The notes under the pieces are model-generated. The model worked only from the letters and a program-made list of their open reading frames with translations, had not been told where the DNA came from and did no database searches. A program made the translations under genes and the position numbers. Shown here piece after piece: positions 12,001 to 24,175 of a stretch of DNA of 64,000 nucleotides. Source of the stretch: Ramazzottius varieornatus (taxonomy: Eukaryota; Animalia; Tardigrada); the NCBI GenBank assembly GCA_001949185.1, contig BDGG01000004.1, positions 1,823,620-1,887,619 of the forward strand, written 5' to 3'. How positions within the stretch are numbered: position 1 is the first letter of the stretch; every line of letters starts with the position of its first letter.

Positions 12001-15000
12001 AACAATGAAAACCTTTGCTACAGCTTTCGTTCCAAGGTACTTCCAGAAGCTTACTCAAATCTTTCTGCAATGGCTGTCTGGTTGCCCTGCACATCCTGGA
12101 AGAGTGACGTGATTCTGTCGTCCAGTTCAACAGCCAAGTTTTGCGCCTCGGCACTGAACAAGTCTCCCAAAGTTGCCTGATCGAACTTGATGGAGGTCAA
12201 TTTTATCTTAAGCCGGTATCGAGCTACAATCACACAAAGAACAAAATCCCTGTTTTGACAGAAACCCGCAATGCGATGTTAGTTGTGATGAGTTACATGC
12301 GCCATCTGCAGGAGGAGCGGTCGGTTTCACGTTGAAGGCGGAAACCCGCCCATCGGAGCCACTTCCGTCAATCTCGGTATCGTCCTGGTCTGCTGCACCG
12401 GAACCTTCCAGGCGGGTCTGCGAGCGAGCCAAGTTATCTCCAGCTTTGAACTTGATTCTCGAGGCGGTGGCATCGGAGATCTCGTTTATTATGTCGTCGA
12501 AAACAAGGTCTTCGTCCGATGACGGGTATGGTATCCGGACAGTGTCCTACGAAAGCAACTCCAACGTAAAATGTATAAAAATAATCTCGCTCGAACAGCC
12601 GTCGTCAGTATGACAGTTAACATGACTCGATTATGGGAAAAGTGGAACAAGTATGCTAATAATTAGTTTTGCGAAGCGCATTTTTCGTAAAATAATTCCC
12701 GATCGAAATAATGAGAACATTCTTCAAATATACACACTGGTCCGCGAATGTCGCTCCACTTCGTCTAATTCAATTATAAAATCGGAATTTGAAGTTGTGA
12801 CATTTGTAACCCAAAAATGTCACAAATGTCTATCCAAGTAAGCCAGACGTGACGTCTTTCTTCCCGCTCCAACAATTACGCGGAAACAGACCAATAAACT
12901 ATAATTTAATCCAGAGGTTGATACTCGCCTTGTTTAGTTTAGTAAATTGGATTAGCACAGTAGTCAGCCAATCATATCAGGCAATGGAGGCGGACCTGAA
13001 CGCACTGAACCCACTATGCTATGCAAATTCCTGATCGGTGCTTAGAGCGTACAGCCCACTAAGCCCTGTTTAGTAAAAAGTGGTTAGTGGCCTAGTCATG
13101 CTCCACCGTGGGCATTGACTACTATGTAGCAGCCATGATGCTACTTGAATCCGTGAAATTTACCTGTCGTCTACTTTACGGCATCTTTTGACCTTTTCCA
13201 ACTGGCAAGTTTCGAATTTCTACCTCACAGTCCCAGTCTCACTAGAAAATTTCTTTTTGCTTGTTGTCACGATCGTTTCATCGGCCCGGCCATAGTAGAC
13301 AACACGTGCATGAAACTCAAACCATAGCTGACTAGAAACCCAGCTCGGAATTCGACGCCGCGTTGAAAAAAAACGTGGCTAGCAGTTTTGAACACGATTC
13401 GCAAGCAGAATTCGAAAGACAAAAGCGCTTTCTTTTCCGATGTAGACTATACCGTCAAGACTACGGCTGAAACTGCAGTTTCAAAACTACTACAGTCTGT
13501 GATTAAAACTACAGTTAAACCTACCGTCGATGTCAGCTTACTGGACGTGCGCGCAGAGCTACAGTTGACGGTGCCGTTAATTGTAGCTTGGTAAGAGCTG
13601 CTCATCTATACGACTGTAGGTTTAACTGCAGCGTTGGCTATTTTCTTTATTTGCTATGAACTGTAGCTTTTAACCGTAGCTTTGTTTCCGCAGCCTTTTA
13701 GTAGTTCGACTTCACACACTCTGACTTTAACTGTAGCTTTGTGTGCAGAGCTTTAACTTCCCCTTCAACTGCTGGTTCGCGACTGTCGTTGTACGTACGT
13801 TGCACTACGCTAATCCGAGCCTGGCATAACGGAGCGCAACCTCTGCGTGTTTAGTGTAGCTGGCGGGCGGAGTCTGATTGCTGTGCTGATTCAGAACAGT
13901 AAACTAAACCAGGCAAGTATCAACCTCTCTAATATCAAGCTTTGCTTCGGGCGGTAACGAGCCTCAAAAGGTAACATTTGATTTTCTTATTTCGGAAACC
14001 ACTCTTTGGTGCGTTCAAAAATCTCCGAAAAAAGTTGACCACGGGTCGTTCTCTGTGCTACAGTCCGTGTACTGAACGTACTGCAGATTATGGAACAAAT
14101 ATTCGCGTCCTGAGGGTGATCCATCTTCCGAAAGGAATGACAAATCCAACTGTCATTCTGGGCAAGCACTCAGACATCCGCATTTGATCGCTTACACAAA
14201 CAATTTCGGCACTCATTCTGGCTCATAAGACCGTAACAAGTTTCCATTGTTTGTTCTCCCTGAACAATCTGCCCATTCCTCGGGACATATTCAAGTCATG
14301 CAGCCAAGGATCAAAAGCGCTCATGCAGGTAGAGCAGTAGCCTAACATACACTGCATACGGAGATGATACTCTGCAGCATATTCGGGCTTTGAAGGTCTC
14401 CAAAATTCCAGCAATGTATTTGGTATATGCACTTCTCAACATCTGCCGCATTTCAGTTTTATCGCTCTTAACAGCGTTTCCTTTCATGATTTTACATCGC
14501 ATGTGGCCGTAAGTTATTGACTGAACTCTATGTGCTGATATAGACCTTCAAGGATCTTATACAGATTTGTGCACTCGGAAACCTAAGTAAAAAATCAGCC
14601 TGGTAAAATTCTTCAGAAATCCAGGGCAGAAGTTCCTTTCGCATCCCAATGCTAGCTAGCCATGGTGGTATGTTTAGACGCTACCGGTAGCGTCACTTAT
14701 CCCAGCAGGCATAGCGCGTGAAACGTCCGATTCGTATATAATTTAGTATTTGTGAAAGTTGTCAGTCGAAATGGCAAGCAAAAGAACGAGGGAGAGAGTC
14801 ATCAGTTAATTACCGTCGATACCGTAATTGCAACCAACGATGTGGCGGTAGCATTTTGTTGACGAAAAATGGACTTAATAACCACTGCATGGTGCTCATC
14901 TGCGTAAATTCTGTGCACCATATAGTTAGGGCTTAACGACCAAAGGAGTCATTACCGCGGAATCTGCTCCCTTCCGTATGCTGTTCACACACTATAGCTC

Positions 15001-15358
15001 ACACTCCCGAAGATATGTCTGGGGAGCAAATGGCTTCGGTATCTGCTTTTTAATCAAAGGTTAGTGAACAGCGCTGATGCGGGTCGTGGACGTGTCATGG
15101 ATGATTACGCCCAACGACCCAAACTCCTTGCTCCGATCATCTTGCGAAGTCTTCGGGCATTATCAACAATGCAGTCTCTCTATCTCCCTATAGCTACCGC
15201 ATTTGATGGAACAAATATCTGACAAGTTTGATCAACGGTAGTCGAATAAAAAAAATAACAGTTATGTTGGATTTTACCTGATAGCGCAGGGCGTTGGTGA
15301 GGAAACTACATGATCCTAGCAGAAGAATCAGGTATGATATATGGCTAGGGCGCGCCAT
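1..15358 (-). CDS. HSPG2: Perlecan / basement-membrane heparan sulfate proteoglycan core protein (HSPG2/trol/unc-52 family); multi-exon, 3' end beyond the left edge
   Basis: Signal-peptide exon 15358-15278 (MARPSHISYLILLLGSCSFLTNALRYQ|gt). Exon from 12546 has acidic SG sites (LEGSG, IDGSG). Then a SEA-like region (~12220-11835), LDLa repeats (CRDGGCVDLDKHCNGVADC; CGPNEATCMSGQCIP..CDDGSDE), laminin IV/B domains (WQLPQEFVGDQVASYG, YWQLPRTVAGNRITSYGG) with laminin EGF repeats, and an I-set Ig array. Confidence 0.95.
10177..10250 (-). repeat. Threonine-rich (ACC/ACG/ACA)n exon, a mucin-like linker inside perlecan
   Basis: The exon is bounded by ag/gt and reads A-P-(T)~18-P-T-T-T, continuing TTTE in the next exon. 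It contains an internal 21-nt repeat. Confidence 0.8.
12911..13930 (+). mobile_element. 1020-bp non-autonomous DNA transposon (copy 1) in perlecan intron 1
   Basis: Imperfect TIRs CCAGAGGTTGATACTCGCCTTGTTTAGTTTA / AGAGAGGTTGATACTTGCCTGGTTTAGTTTA (rc). AAT flanks both sides (12908-10, 13931-33). A near-identical inverted copy lies at 31309-32537. Confidence 0.92.
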
Positions 15359-16833
15359 CCTCTTGTCAAGCGCCTCGCCTCGGTGGTGTAATTGGAGACG
15401 AAACGCAAAGTACCAGGCGGAAAGGCAGACGTTGACAATACGGCAACCTCAACTAGACGTTGAGTAAAGTATCACAGTATGTCGAAGGCACTTGAGAAGC
15501 CTTTTAGCTTCCCAAGGCATGGAATTTGAATGCCCAAATGTAAATCGTTCCTCCTCCTTGTTCCGCCAGTCAACGACTCTCAATCACCGCCGCCGCATAG
15601 ACGCACAAACGATCATCCTCACAGCATGCTCTAACCATATTTCCTCGTCAGAACTTCGGGCACACATGCCGAAACGACATGGTATTTGCCGCTAACAACT
15701 TTTTTACTGTGCGTGGGCGGCTGCTGCAGCTGGCTGGTCCCTGGATCTTCAAGGCAAAATAACTCTTTAGACACATTCATCTCCTTGTTATTGGCAGAAA
15801 GAAGTTGAAGAAGAAGTTTACCGTTGTATCAGTCATCAACACAACTGACGGATGTGGTGGGCGGAAAACATTCGCCCCAGCTGATGTAGACTTTCCGGCG
15901 ACTCAAATATTTAGGCCGTATGCACAATGGTTCCCTCACACGTGCAGAATCCTCTTAAGAAACGGAAAAGGTCCACCAGCAAATCGGAGAATAATTCCCG
16001 CTCAGTTCGTCAGGTCCTACTGACCCAAAAGCCTGAAGGAAAACAATACTCCATTATGTACAAAGATATCAAGATAGACCACAATCAGCAAAATTAGATC
16101 GCTTTTCCGTTCAGCATGATGTTCAACAGGACTGTGCATACACAAGTTACCTCAGATGGAGCAGTCTTGGCCGCAGAATGAGTTCTCGATCGTCTTGAGC
16201 TGGTCTGACCACTGTCCAGATAGCCGTTTGAATGTAGTAGTTTAGCCACTCAATTTAGCCTAATCCGCTCGAAATGCAGCTAGACAGCTTAGACGAAAGA
16301 AATGGCACATGACAATGAACACAATCGCACTACTCAAGATCTGTATGTCCATTAGCAAGATGCGAGACTGCAAGGGAGAAGAATGAGTACTATGGCTTCT
16401 GAGGAACAAGAGGAAATCCCGAAGGTGGGCAGATCATATCCTGCCTCGCTAAAGTGACAGAGGACTACGAGAAGTTCTTACCAGCGAGAAAGACGCTAGA
16501 TGGCGCTTTGTTGCGTCCGCGATGACGCCTAATTATTTACGTTCAACAGCAGAAAGGCGAAATCTTCTTCGACTTTTTATGGTTGCTTACGCGTTTCCCT
16601 TCGACGACTTGTCCAAACTGGTAAACCACTGAAAGCCCTCTTCGTCGAATAGAACTTGCTAGAAAGCAAACTTGATGGTAAAAATAAGAAAAAAACAGAA
16701 TCAACGTTCCAGAGAAATAAAATACTGGATATTTGCAACCTTTTGTTGTCGTAGGTTCACCGCTTCGAACTCTTTCAGCCACCGAGTGGAAAGTCTTACC
16801 TCCAAAGACCGGAAGTCTTCTCGCTACAAGACA

Positions 16834-18543
16834 TCATCCCGTTTTCAGCTGCTCCATTCTCCCGGAAAGGGCGTTTAAAAGATTTCCATAAACTAGGACA
16901 ATACAAAAAGTCAATAACCATACTACAACCATGTAGCACCCAAAGCCCGGAAGACAGTAACAAAGCGCACCCCATCTCTGCTTGTAGGTGTAGGAACACC
17001 GATCGTTCAGAATCACATCGAAATAGTCACTCGGTAGTTGGAGATCTTGAATGCATACACCGATAAATCAAAATCTTGCGCTAAAGGGGCTGACAGCACG
17101 TTCAAATTAGTCCTTCGATAGAAGACGGAAGTCTACCTTTCTCGTCGTACTCAATGTCTTTAAGATACAAGCCGTCCGCTTCCGAATGTCCTACGTTCAT
17201 TTTCATCCAGCTATCATGGCTAGGATTATCCAGCATATATTGCACCTGATCGAGTGTGAGTTTTCCGCGAGCAACTGCTATTACAGTTCCCACCATTCGC
17301 CGAACCTACATACCGACATTGTTGTACAACGAGGGTTCGTGAGAGCCACATTTGAAATACGGTACCTGACGTTGCAGAAATCCCGACGAGCGGAATGTGA
17401 AATCCCAATACTCCAGGTTGCTTTTGAACGGGTTGTGTTCACCCAGAAAGCCAGTACCGGGAGATAGGTCTGCTACTTGCATGAACCTAACAGGATTTCG
17501 AGGGAACAGCTCGTCTGCAGCGGGTTTCTTCATGAAGGAAGTGAAGTTGTGAGTTCCAAGGAACAAACTGCATGCTTTCTTGGCTGCATCAATGTCGAAC
17601 GGAGGACTACGAATGAGAAAGCACTTGATCAAGCGTCTCGAAATGCACACGCTTGGAATACGCTTAGTACCTGACCACTGCAAGTCGATCGGTTTCGAAG
17701 AGCGGTGTTTGGGAAGCTTTCCGTGTGTAGGGAGGCACAACATCCTTTGAGAGACCTGCGAGGGGATCAACCAGCTGTATCGCTATGCGGTATACATAAG
17801 TCCGGCTCTTCGCGTTGAAGCGACAGTTGAAGCTGTCGGGAACAATCAAGGTCCGAAGAATCCTGAGAAAAAACAGGGGTATCATAAATACGTATCACCG
17901 TACGTATCTTATAAGCACCAATATGTCTGAAAATTTACATGGAGCTACAGAAACCCGGACCCAACTGACACTCACAACGGTACCTCAAGGCGTGGTCGTT
18001 GTCCTCGCAATGCTTATTCAAGATGTAGGTAACTGCATCTTGGTGATAATACTTGTTGTCCGCGAAGTGTACGAGGTCGACATGTCCGGCTGAACACAGA
18101 GCGTGAACACCGGCGTCTGTCCGGCTGGCAAGGAATACTCTGGGCTGTGTTCGCGAACGTAACTTCAGCAATCCTTCCTGCAAAAAGCAATTTCACGGTT
18201 AATAATGTATTTCATCCCCTGATGATTTTTGGAAGAATTTAGTGAACCAATCGCAGCTCGCAAGCATTAAAGAGATAATCTGCGTACTCGAATCCATTAC
18301 TGTCCACACCTCAATTACGTCCTGAACGGTTGACACGATTATCCTCTTCACATCGTACGCCGCTTGACGCTGAGATCCACTGCAAAGAAGCAGAATAACC
18401 TACTGTCAAAAGACATACACGGAAACGAAGCACTGCCAGACGTTTGGCACAGCTTACAGAAATGCTCAACAGAGTAACAATTGGTAACTAACAAACCTGA
18501 ACCTCGTGCCCACATACGAAAACAGCAACAAGTAGCGGACCAT
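16834..18543 (-). CDS. PUSL1: tRNA pseudouridine synthase-like 1 (TruA family), multi-exon
   Basis: Motifs MVRYLLLFSYVGTRFSGSQ, SRTDAGVHA (TruA catalytic Asp motif), FNAKSRTYVYRI, FLGTHNFTSF, SSGFLQRQVRRMVG and GLYLKDIEY. An upstream coding exon cannot be excluded. Confidence 0.88.
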
Positions 18544-19262
18544 GCTTTGTCCAACAGGAAGCTAGTGACGATACACGCCGATGAATACCTCTTGAATATT
18601 AAAGTCTGCAACGCAGATACTGTTACGCATCCAAGCAGAACTGCCGTTAGCACCAACCGGGACAGGCAACTGTTACACGTTCCAGAATCCAGATAACCGG
18701 CTCCGGAGCTTGTCTATCCATCTCGGGCAAACAGCAGCCGTAAGACTTGATCCCCGACGACTAGGGTGTTCGACTGACGACAGTATTCCAGGATTCCACT
18801 TTGTCATCAAACAACCATCGAAGGAAGACTGATGGATTAGCGATTGCACGTTGAGAAGAGCGACCGGAAACCTATTGTCGACAATGTCGAGAACAGAAAT
18901 TACAGAATCAACAGAAGGTCAACCATTCAAGATAACCCCGGACCAGCCCTAGGGGTCCAAAATTGTTCGATGGTTCTACAGACAATCAGGTAATCAATGC
19001 TACGTCCAATTATAGGCCTATACAGTACATGGCCCAACTGTTTTTATGAATCATATGCCAACTCATGCCTGTTGCCGTGTTCGCGAATCGCGATCTCCGA
19101 AGTTCCGTCAATTCAGTTGACCATAAAATACTTAAGTTAGATGCGACATGGAATTGTGCCTCCTTTTACCGACATCGAGTTTGTGGATGCGTCTTTCCAA
19201 AAGGTGCGTGCTGGACTAACTGAGCAAAGGTAGCAGCTAAACGCACCGCATCTCCCTGGGAC

Positions 19263-20382
19263 ATGGCGACAGCTCCGCAGAGGATAGGCCAGGTAAGCCT
19301 GCGGCTCGGATATCTTCCCGCATCTCGTATAATATACTCATTACCAGATGTATCTTTCGTTCTAGATTTATCAGTCACTTTTGGACCGGACGGTCCCACA
19401 CGCAGTACCACGATGGATTGTGTTTGGTCTTCTGATAGTGGGCTTTGTACTAAGGATTATATTTGCTCAGGTAAGTCGCCCTAGAGACTATTTATAGTAT
19501 ATACAGTATATGGTACACGTACACGGAGCACGTCTTCAACTGTGATCTTCTGAAATGTTTACATCTGCAAGTGAGCGAACTTCCAAGAGAACGGTGTAGC
19601 TTGGGGATTGTTTGGCAGTGGGATCTGACATACTAGATGTTTACGTGTTCCGTCTATGGCAAGTTTCTTATTTTCTTGTAACACTTTATGTCCTGCTCCT
19701 CTACAGGGCTGGTACATCGTGACATATGGACTGTTCATCTATCATCTAAATCTATTTCTCGCTTTCCTAACACCGAAGATGGATCCGTCGCTGGATCTTC
19801 CGGAAGAATCAGGTATAGCAATGAAAGTTAGAAAGCATCTGCTTTCTGCCATGTACAGGTTCCGCGCGACCCATTCCGCGAACCCGCAGAATCGATTTGC
19901 GAGTGGCTCCCGGAGTGTCGATGTGTACGTTGTTCGGCAGTCTGATTGTTTTGTAGATGGGATGGATCTTCCTACCAGAGCTTCGGAAGAATTTCGTCCG
20001 TTCATTAGGAGACTGCCGGAATTCAAATTCTGGCTCTCCGCCACGAAAGCCACACTGATCGCACTATCTATGTCTTTTTTCGAGATCTTCAATATACCCG
20101 TGTTTTGGCCCATCCTGGTGGTCTACTTCATTATGCTATTTTGTCTCACGATGAAACGCCAGATTAAGGTATGGAACTTTTGTCGCTTGTCAACGGTTTG
20201 AATAAATCTATGGATTCTTGGTTGTTTTTCAGCATATGATCAAATATCGCTATCTACCGTTCAGCTTGGGAAAGCCTCGGTATGCCGGGAAGGAAATTCC
20301 TGCTGGACCTGCCGCTAACCTTCATCAAGCCAACGCTAATCACCTTCACCATCTTCATCAAACTCCGTCACACGGCCACTAA
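19263..20382 (+). CDS. RER1: Protein RER1 (Golgi-to-ER retrieval receptor), about 5 coding exons
   Basis: Motifs RIGQ|IYQSLLDRTVPH..RW, GWYIVTYGLFIYHLNLFLAFLTPK, EEFRPFIRRLPEFKFW, FNIPVFWPILVVYF and KRQIK|HMIKYRYLPFSLGK. The start exon is uncertain (see finding). Confidence 0.95.
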
Positions 20383-21362
20383 GATTCATCTTGGTTCTGT
20401 ATTATTACTTTTGTTTCTTCTGTTGTCAACGTTCTTTCGTGCATCAAATTGCTTTTTATTTTGTGTAATACTGGATACATGCGCTACGGAATCACAATTA
20501 AGGAGGCAGCCATCCCCCTGCACTTGTATCGGTCTCTTTCCAGGCATCCAGAGTGATTCCAGACGAAAACAGATTATGCGCTGGTTCGATTTTCGGCGGC
20601 TCATATTCTGGAAGGAACTGTTTCCCATAAAATTGTATTCCGATTCCATCTTCCCAGTTCATCGTTCGAAGTTTCTGGTTCGGCTACCGTATAGCCTACT
20701 TCTTTAGTCGTTTTCATAAATTACACTGAACTCTACAGTTAAGCTCTATCGTGTTGAAGATGGGAGGATAATTGAACGAAGAAGGACTTTTGTTGAACAG
20801 AGCCGGCCGGACCACCAGCACTCCGTTATCCAAGACTCCGAAAATCCTACCTCGTTCAGCCGGGGGCAGTCCTGATTCCCTTGGGGCTGCCACGCCTCGT
20901 TGGCCTCACTTCTAGAGTTGCTGGAAATTTTCCATTACCTGAATAAATCTGCGATTGGCTCAATTCGACTACTTTGTTCAGCCTCTTTACCGGTTGAATG
21001 CACGCAGTGCAAATTTTCGTCAAACAAGCAGTCTTGTAGTTGTTCAGCGTTCGAGTGCATCTAATCAAGTTAAACGGTGACAGAACCGCTGTTTTTAGGT
21101 GCGTGTCGTCATGTTCTGATGCTCACTGCACACCTGCGCTCGACACCTGTTCCTTCGTTCGCCAAAAACTAAGAATTTCCAGCAAGTCTACTCACTTCGT
21201 ACTGTACTTCTGTTTGTTTGGGTTTTACGAACTTTTATCTTTCCTTATCGGAGTTGAATGGTCTCGAAGTTTCGGCCCGGAACTGGAGCACCGCTATCAA
21301 AAGCACAAGGCTTTTGACGGGAGACTCGAGTACGTCTGTGGTCGCTGAATCTGAGCTCGAAG

Positions 21363-23760
21363 ATGGCGTGGACGACATTCCAGATCATTGTGGCGTGTGT
21401 GATGCTCATAACGGGATCGCTGAACACTTTGATAGCCAAGTAAGTCAATCAGTCAGATGATTCTGCCTGAACATTCCCGGTTCTGACGCTCGCCTTGAAT
21501 TCTAGGTGGACCGATATGCAGGTGGCGAAAGGACGAGATGATGTCGCAAGGGAGTTCAACCATCCTTTTGTGCAGGTAAGATGCTAGTGACAAACTTCCA
21601 CCGGAAGTTAACAATGCCGACTCGTAACAATCATCTATGTACACTGCATGCCACTGTGACGCACCCTTTCGGGAGAGTGTGCATTCCATGAAGCAATGGA
21701 GTTTGAAAGCTCAGATTCTTTTTCAGTCCTGTGCTATGTTCCTGGGTGAATTCCTTTGCCTGCTGGTATTTGGTGCAGCGTGGCTGATAGGAAGACGAAG
21801 GACTGCGGGTACTGAAGGGGACGTTCCGTTAGTCCGTCTCGAAGGACAAATACAAGAGCCCTTCACCTACAAGAAGATGCTCGTATTTCTTCCGCCTGCA
21901 TTATGCGATATGACGGCCACGTAAGTGTGCAGGTTGTTACATCCAAAGTTTGTTTTTCAGACTGTTATTAATGCTTTGTCCTTCAGCTCAATCATGTACG
22001 TCGGGCTCACCATGACCAACGCCTCTTCGTTTCAAATGCTGCGAGGTGACATTCAAGTAATCTGCATGTTTGCTTCCTTGTTCTATCGATATATATTGTC
22101 TTAATGATTTTGATTCTGATTAGGGGCCGTCATCGTATTCACGGTAAGGTTTGCTCTTGATCTCCAAGACTTGTAATGCGGGCCACGCTCTTACATACGG
22201 TAAATGATGTTTCCTCTACGGAACTGTAGGCTCTTCTGTCCGTCGCGTTTCTACACCGTCAGATTGCCTCGTAAGAAATTTGGTTCTGGTTGGCCATGTT
22301 TTTTTGTTAAGTTTTCTAATTTTGGGTCTCGTGCAGGTCCAAGTGGCTCGGCATACTTACGGTTATCATTGGGCTGGTAGGTACATAATGAAAGAAAGAC
22401 AGCGAGGCTGATGTCATGCTTCTGACGGTGTAAATTTGTTTCATCAAGGCGATTGTCGGCGTTTCCGATATGATTTTCCTGCCGAATGATGCAAAATCCA
22501 ATGATAAGAACCGCATCATAACAGGAGACCTGTTGATCATCATGGCGCAGGTGTGACATGTAAACTTTGTATTCCGGAAAGGCTCCAATAACGAACTCAC
22601 TGAGCGACTTTGAATATCAGATCGTGAGTGCCGCACAAATGGTCTACGAAGAAAAATTCCTGACCAAATACGACGTTCCTGCTCTTGTTGCCGTCGGTCT
22701 GGAAGGTATGACAGTTCTCCAAGAAAAGTGATGGCAGACAATGGGAAGACCTACCAGTGTGTTCTTGCTAGGGTTCTTCGGTTTTACGGTGCTGGCATTC
22801 CTGCTGATACCAATGGTAAGATCTGCAGTTTAGACGTAGAACGGGTAGAAACCGAGCCATCTGGCTTGACATCGAGGAACTTTGTGGTGTCCTTAGACAA
22901 ATCTCGTATTCATTGTTGCATATTTTCCAGGCTTACATGCCGGCTGGAAGCTTCTCCGTCACTCCCTATCATACGATAGAGGACGCCATTGACGCTTTTG
23001 CTCAGGTACGGACTTATCCTTGTTTTCTGTTTCCTCTTCTTTTTGTGACGGTTTTGTTCGTGCAGATGAGAAATAACTACTATATTGTGCTCGGCCTTTG
23101 CGGTAGGTTCATTGAACCTGGCTTAATGTGAACCGCAATTCACTATGACGGATCGAGTCTTTTTTCAGGAACTATACTTTCAATTGCGTTTTTCAACTAT
23201 GCTGGAATCAGTGTGACAAAAGAGGTGATACTCATTAGTCGTGAATTTTCTGTTCCTTTTTCTGCTCCTGCTGAAATGTCGCTGAAGTTAGTGATGTTGT
23301 CCTACAGTTGAATGCGACAACGCGAATGGTTATCGACAGCATGAGGTACGGGTCTTTTTTTAAGTGACATCGGGTCCTTGTCATATCTGGTTACCTCGAG
23401 GTTCTCCGTCAACAACTTGTCTACAGGACCTTGATTATTTGGGCTGCCAGTCTCGGGCTCAAATGGCAGCCTTTCAACTGGATGCAAATAATCGGCTTCG
23501 GATTTCTCCTGGTATGTAGTACTGTGTTACAAGTCTAACAGCTGACATATGTATAACAGACCATTTTGAGCCACAAGCGAAAATCGGAGCTCGAGAGCGA
23601 GTATGGTTTTAATTTTGGTCTTCTGTAGATCGGAATGGCTGTCTACAACCAGATTATAACGACAGATAAAATTCGTCACGTCCAACGCACAGTTGTCACG
23701 AAAATCTGGAGAAACAACGGTGACCGAGAAGTGCTGGTCCGTGAGGACGAAGCATCGTAG
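21363..23760 (+). CDS. SLC35F6: Solute carrier family 35 member F6-like transporter, about 16 small exons
   Basis: Motifs MAWTTFQIIVACVMLITGSLNTLIAK, FNHPFVQ, MFLGEFLCL, FLPPALCDMTAT, ASSFQMLRGAVIVFT, QMVYEEKFL, AVGLEG and FFNYAGISVTKELNATTRMVIDSMR. Confidence 0.92.
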
Positions 23761-24175
23761 GTGAGTAAAAGAGAGAATCCATCGAACCACGGTAACATCG
23801 TTTCAATAACAAAAATTAGATCCTGTGATTCCTCGCCTTTCCATGTTTTTTTACATAGAGCTCTAATTTTTTAACCAGTTTCCGTCTTTGGTGGCTCTCT
23901 TGAACACATGTCGTCTTGAGATACTTCGGTCATTCGGAAAGATCGATGGTGGCTGCGCTTCCCATTTCCACAAACGGGCATTGCCGTGCTCCCTTTGGCC
24001 AGAGTAAGGGAATCGACAGTTGTTGATGCGCGCCGCAGTGCGTGTACAGTTATGGGGATATTGTGTTCCTTCCGGCTTCTGCTGCAGAATAATCCACTTC
24101 GTGTTTCATGCTTGTGTTCCACTAAGTCAACTACTGGCCCGACATACCGAAATGTTTCCGTTCGGGCCTGGGCTG

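Noticed and set aside
13388-13594. Identical 68-aa ORF present twice (also 31854-32060)
   Set aside because: It lies inside the duplicated transposon, starts at TTG and merely translates the 12-bp subrepeats, so it is not a gene.
16893-16970. Apparent C-terminal transmembrane segment on PUSL1
   Set aside because: It coincides with a 78-nt GT-AG intron, and T-rich introns translate as hydrophobic stretches.
19859-19924. Possible in-frame cassette exon in RER1 intron 3
   Set aside because: It would leave flanking introns of about 46 and 32 nt, shorter than the introns seen elsewhere in this window.
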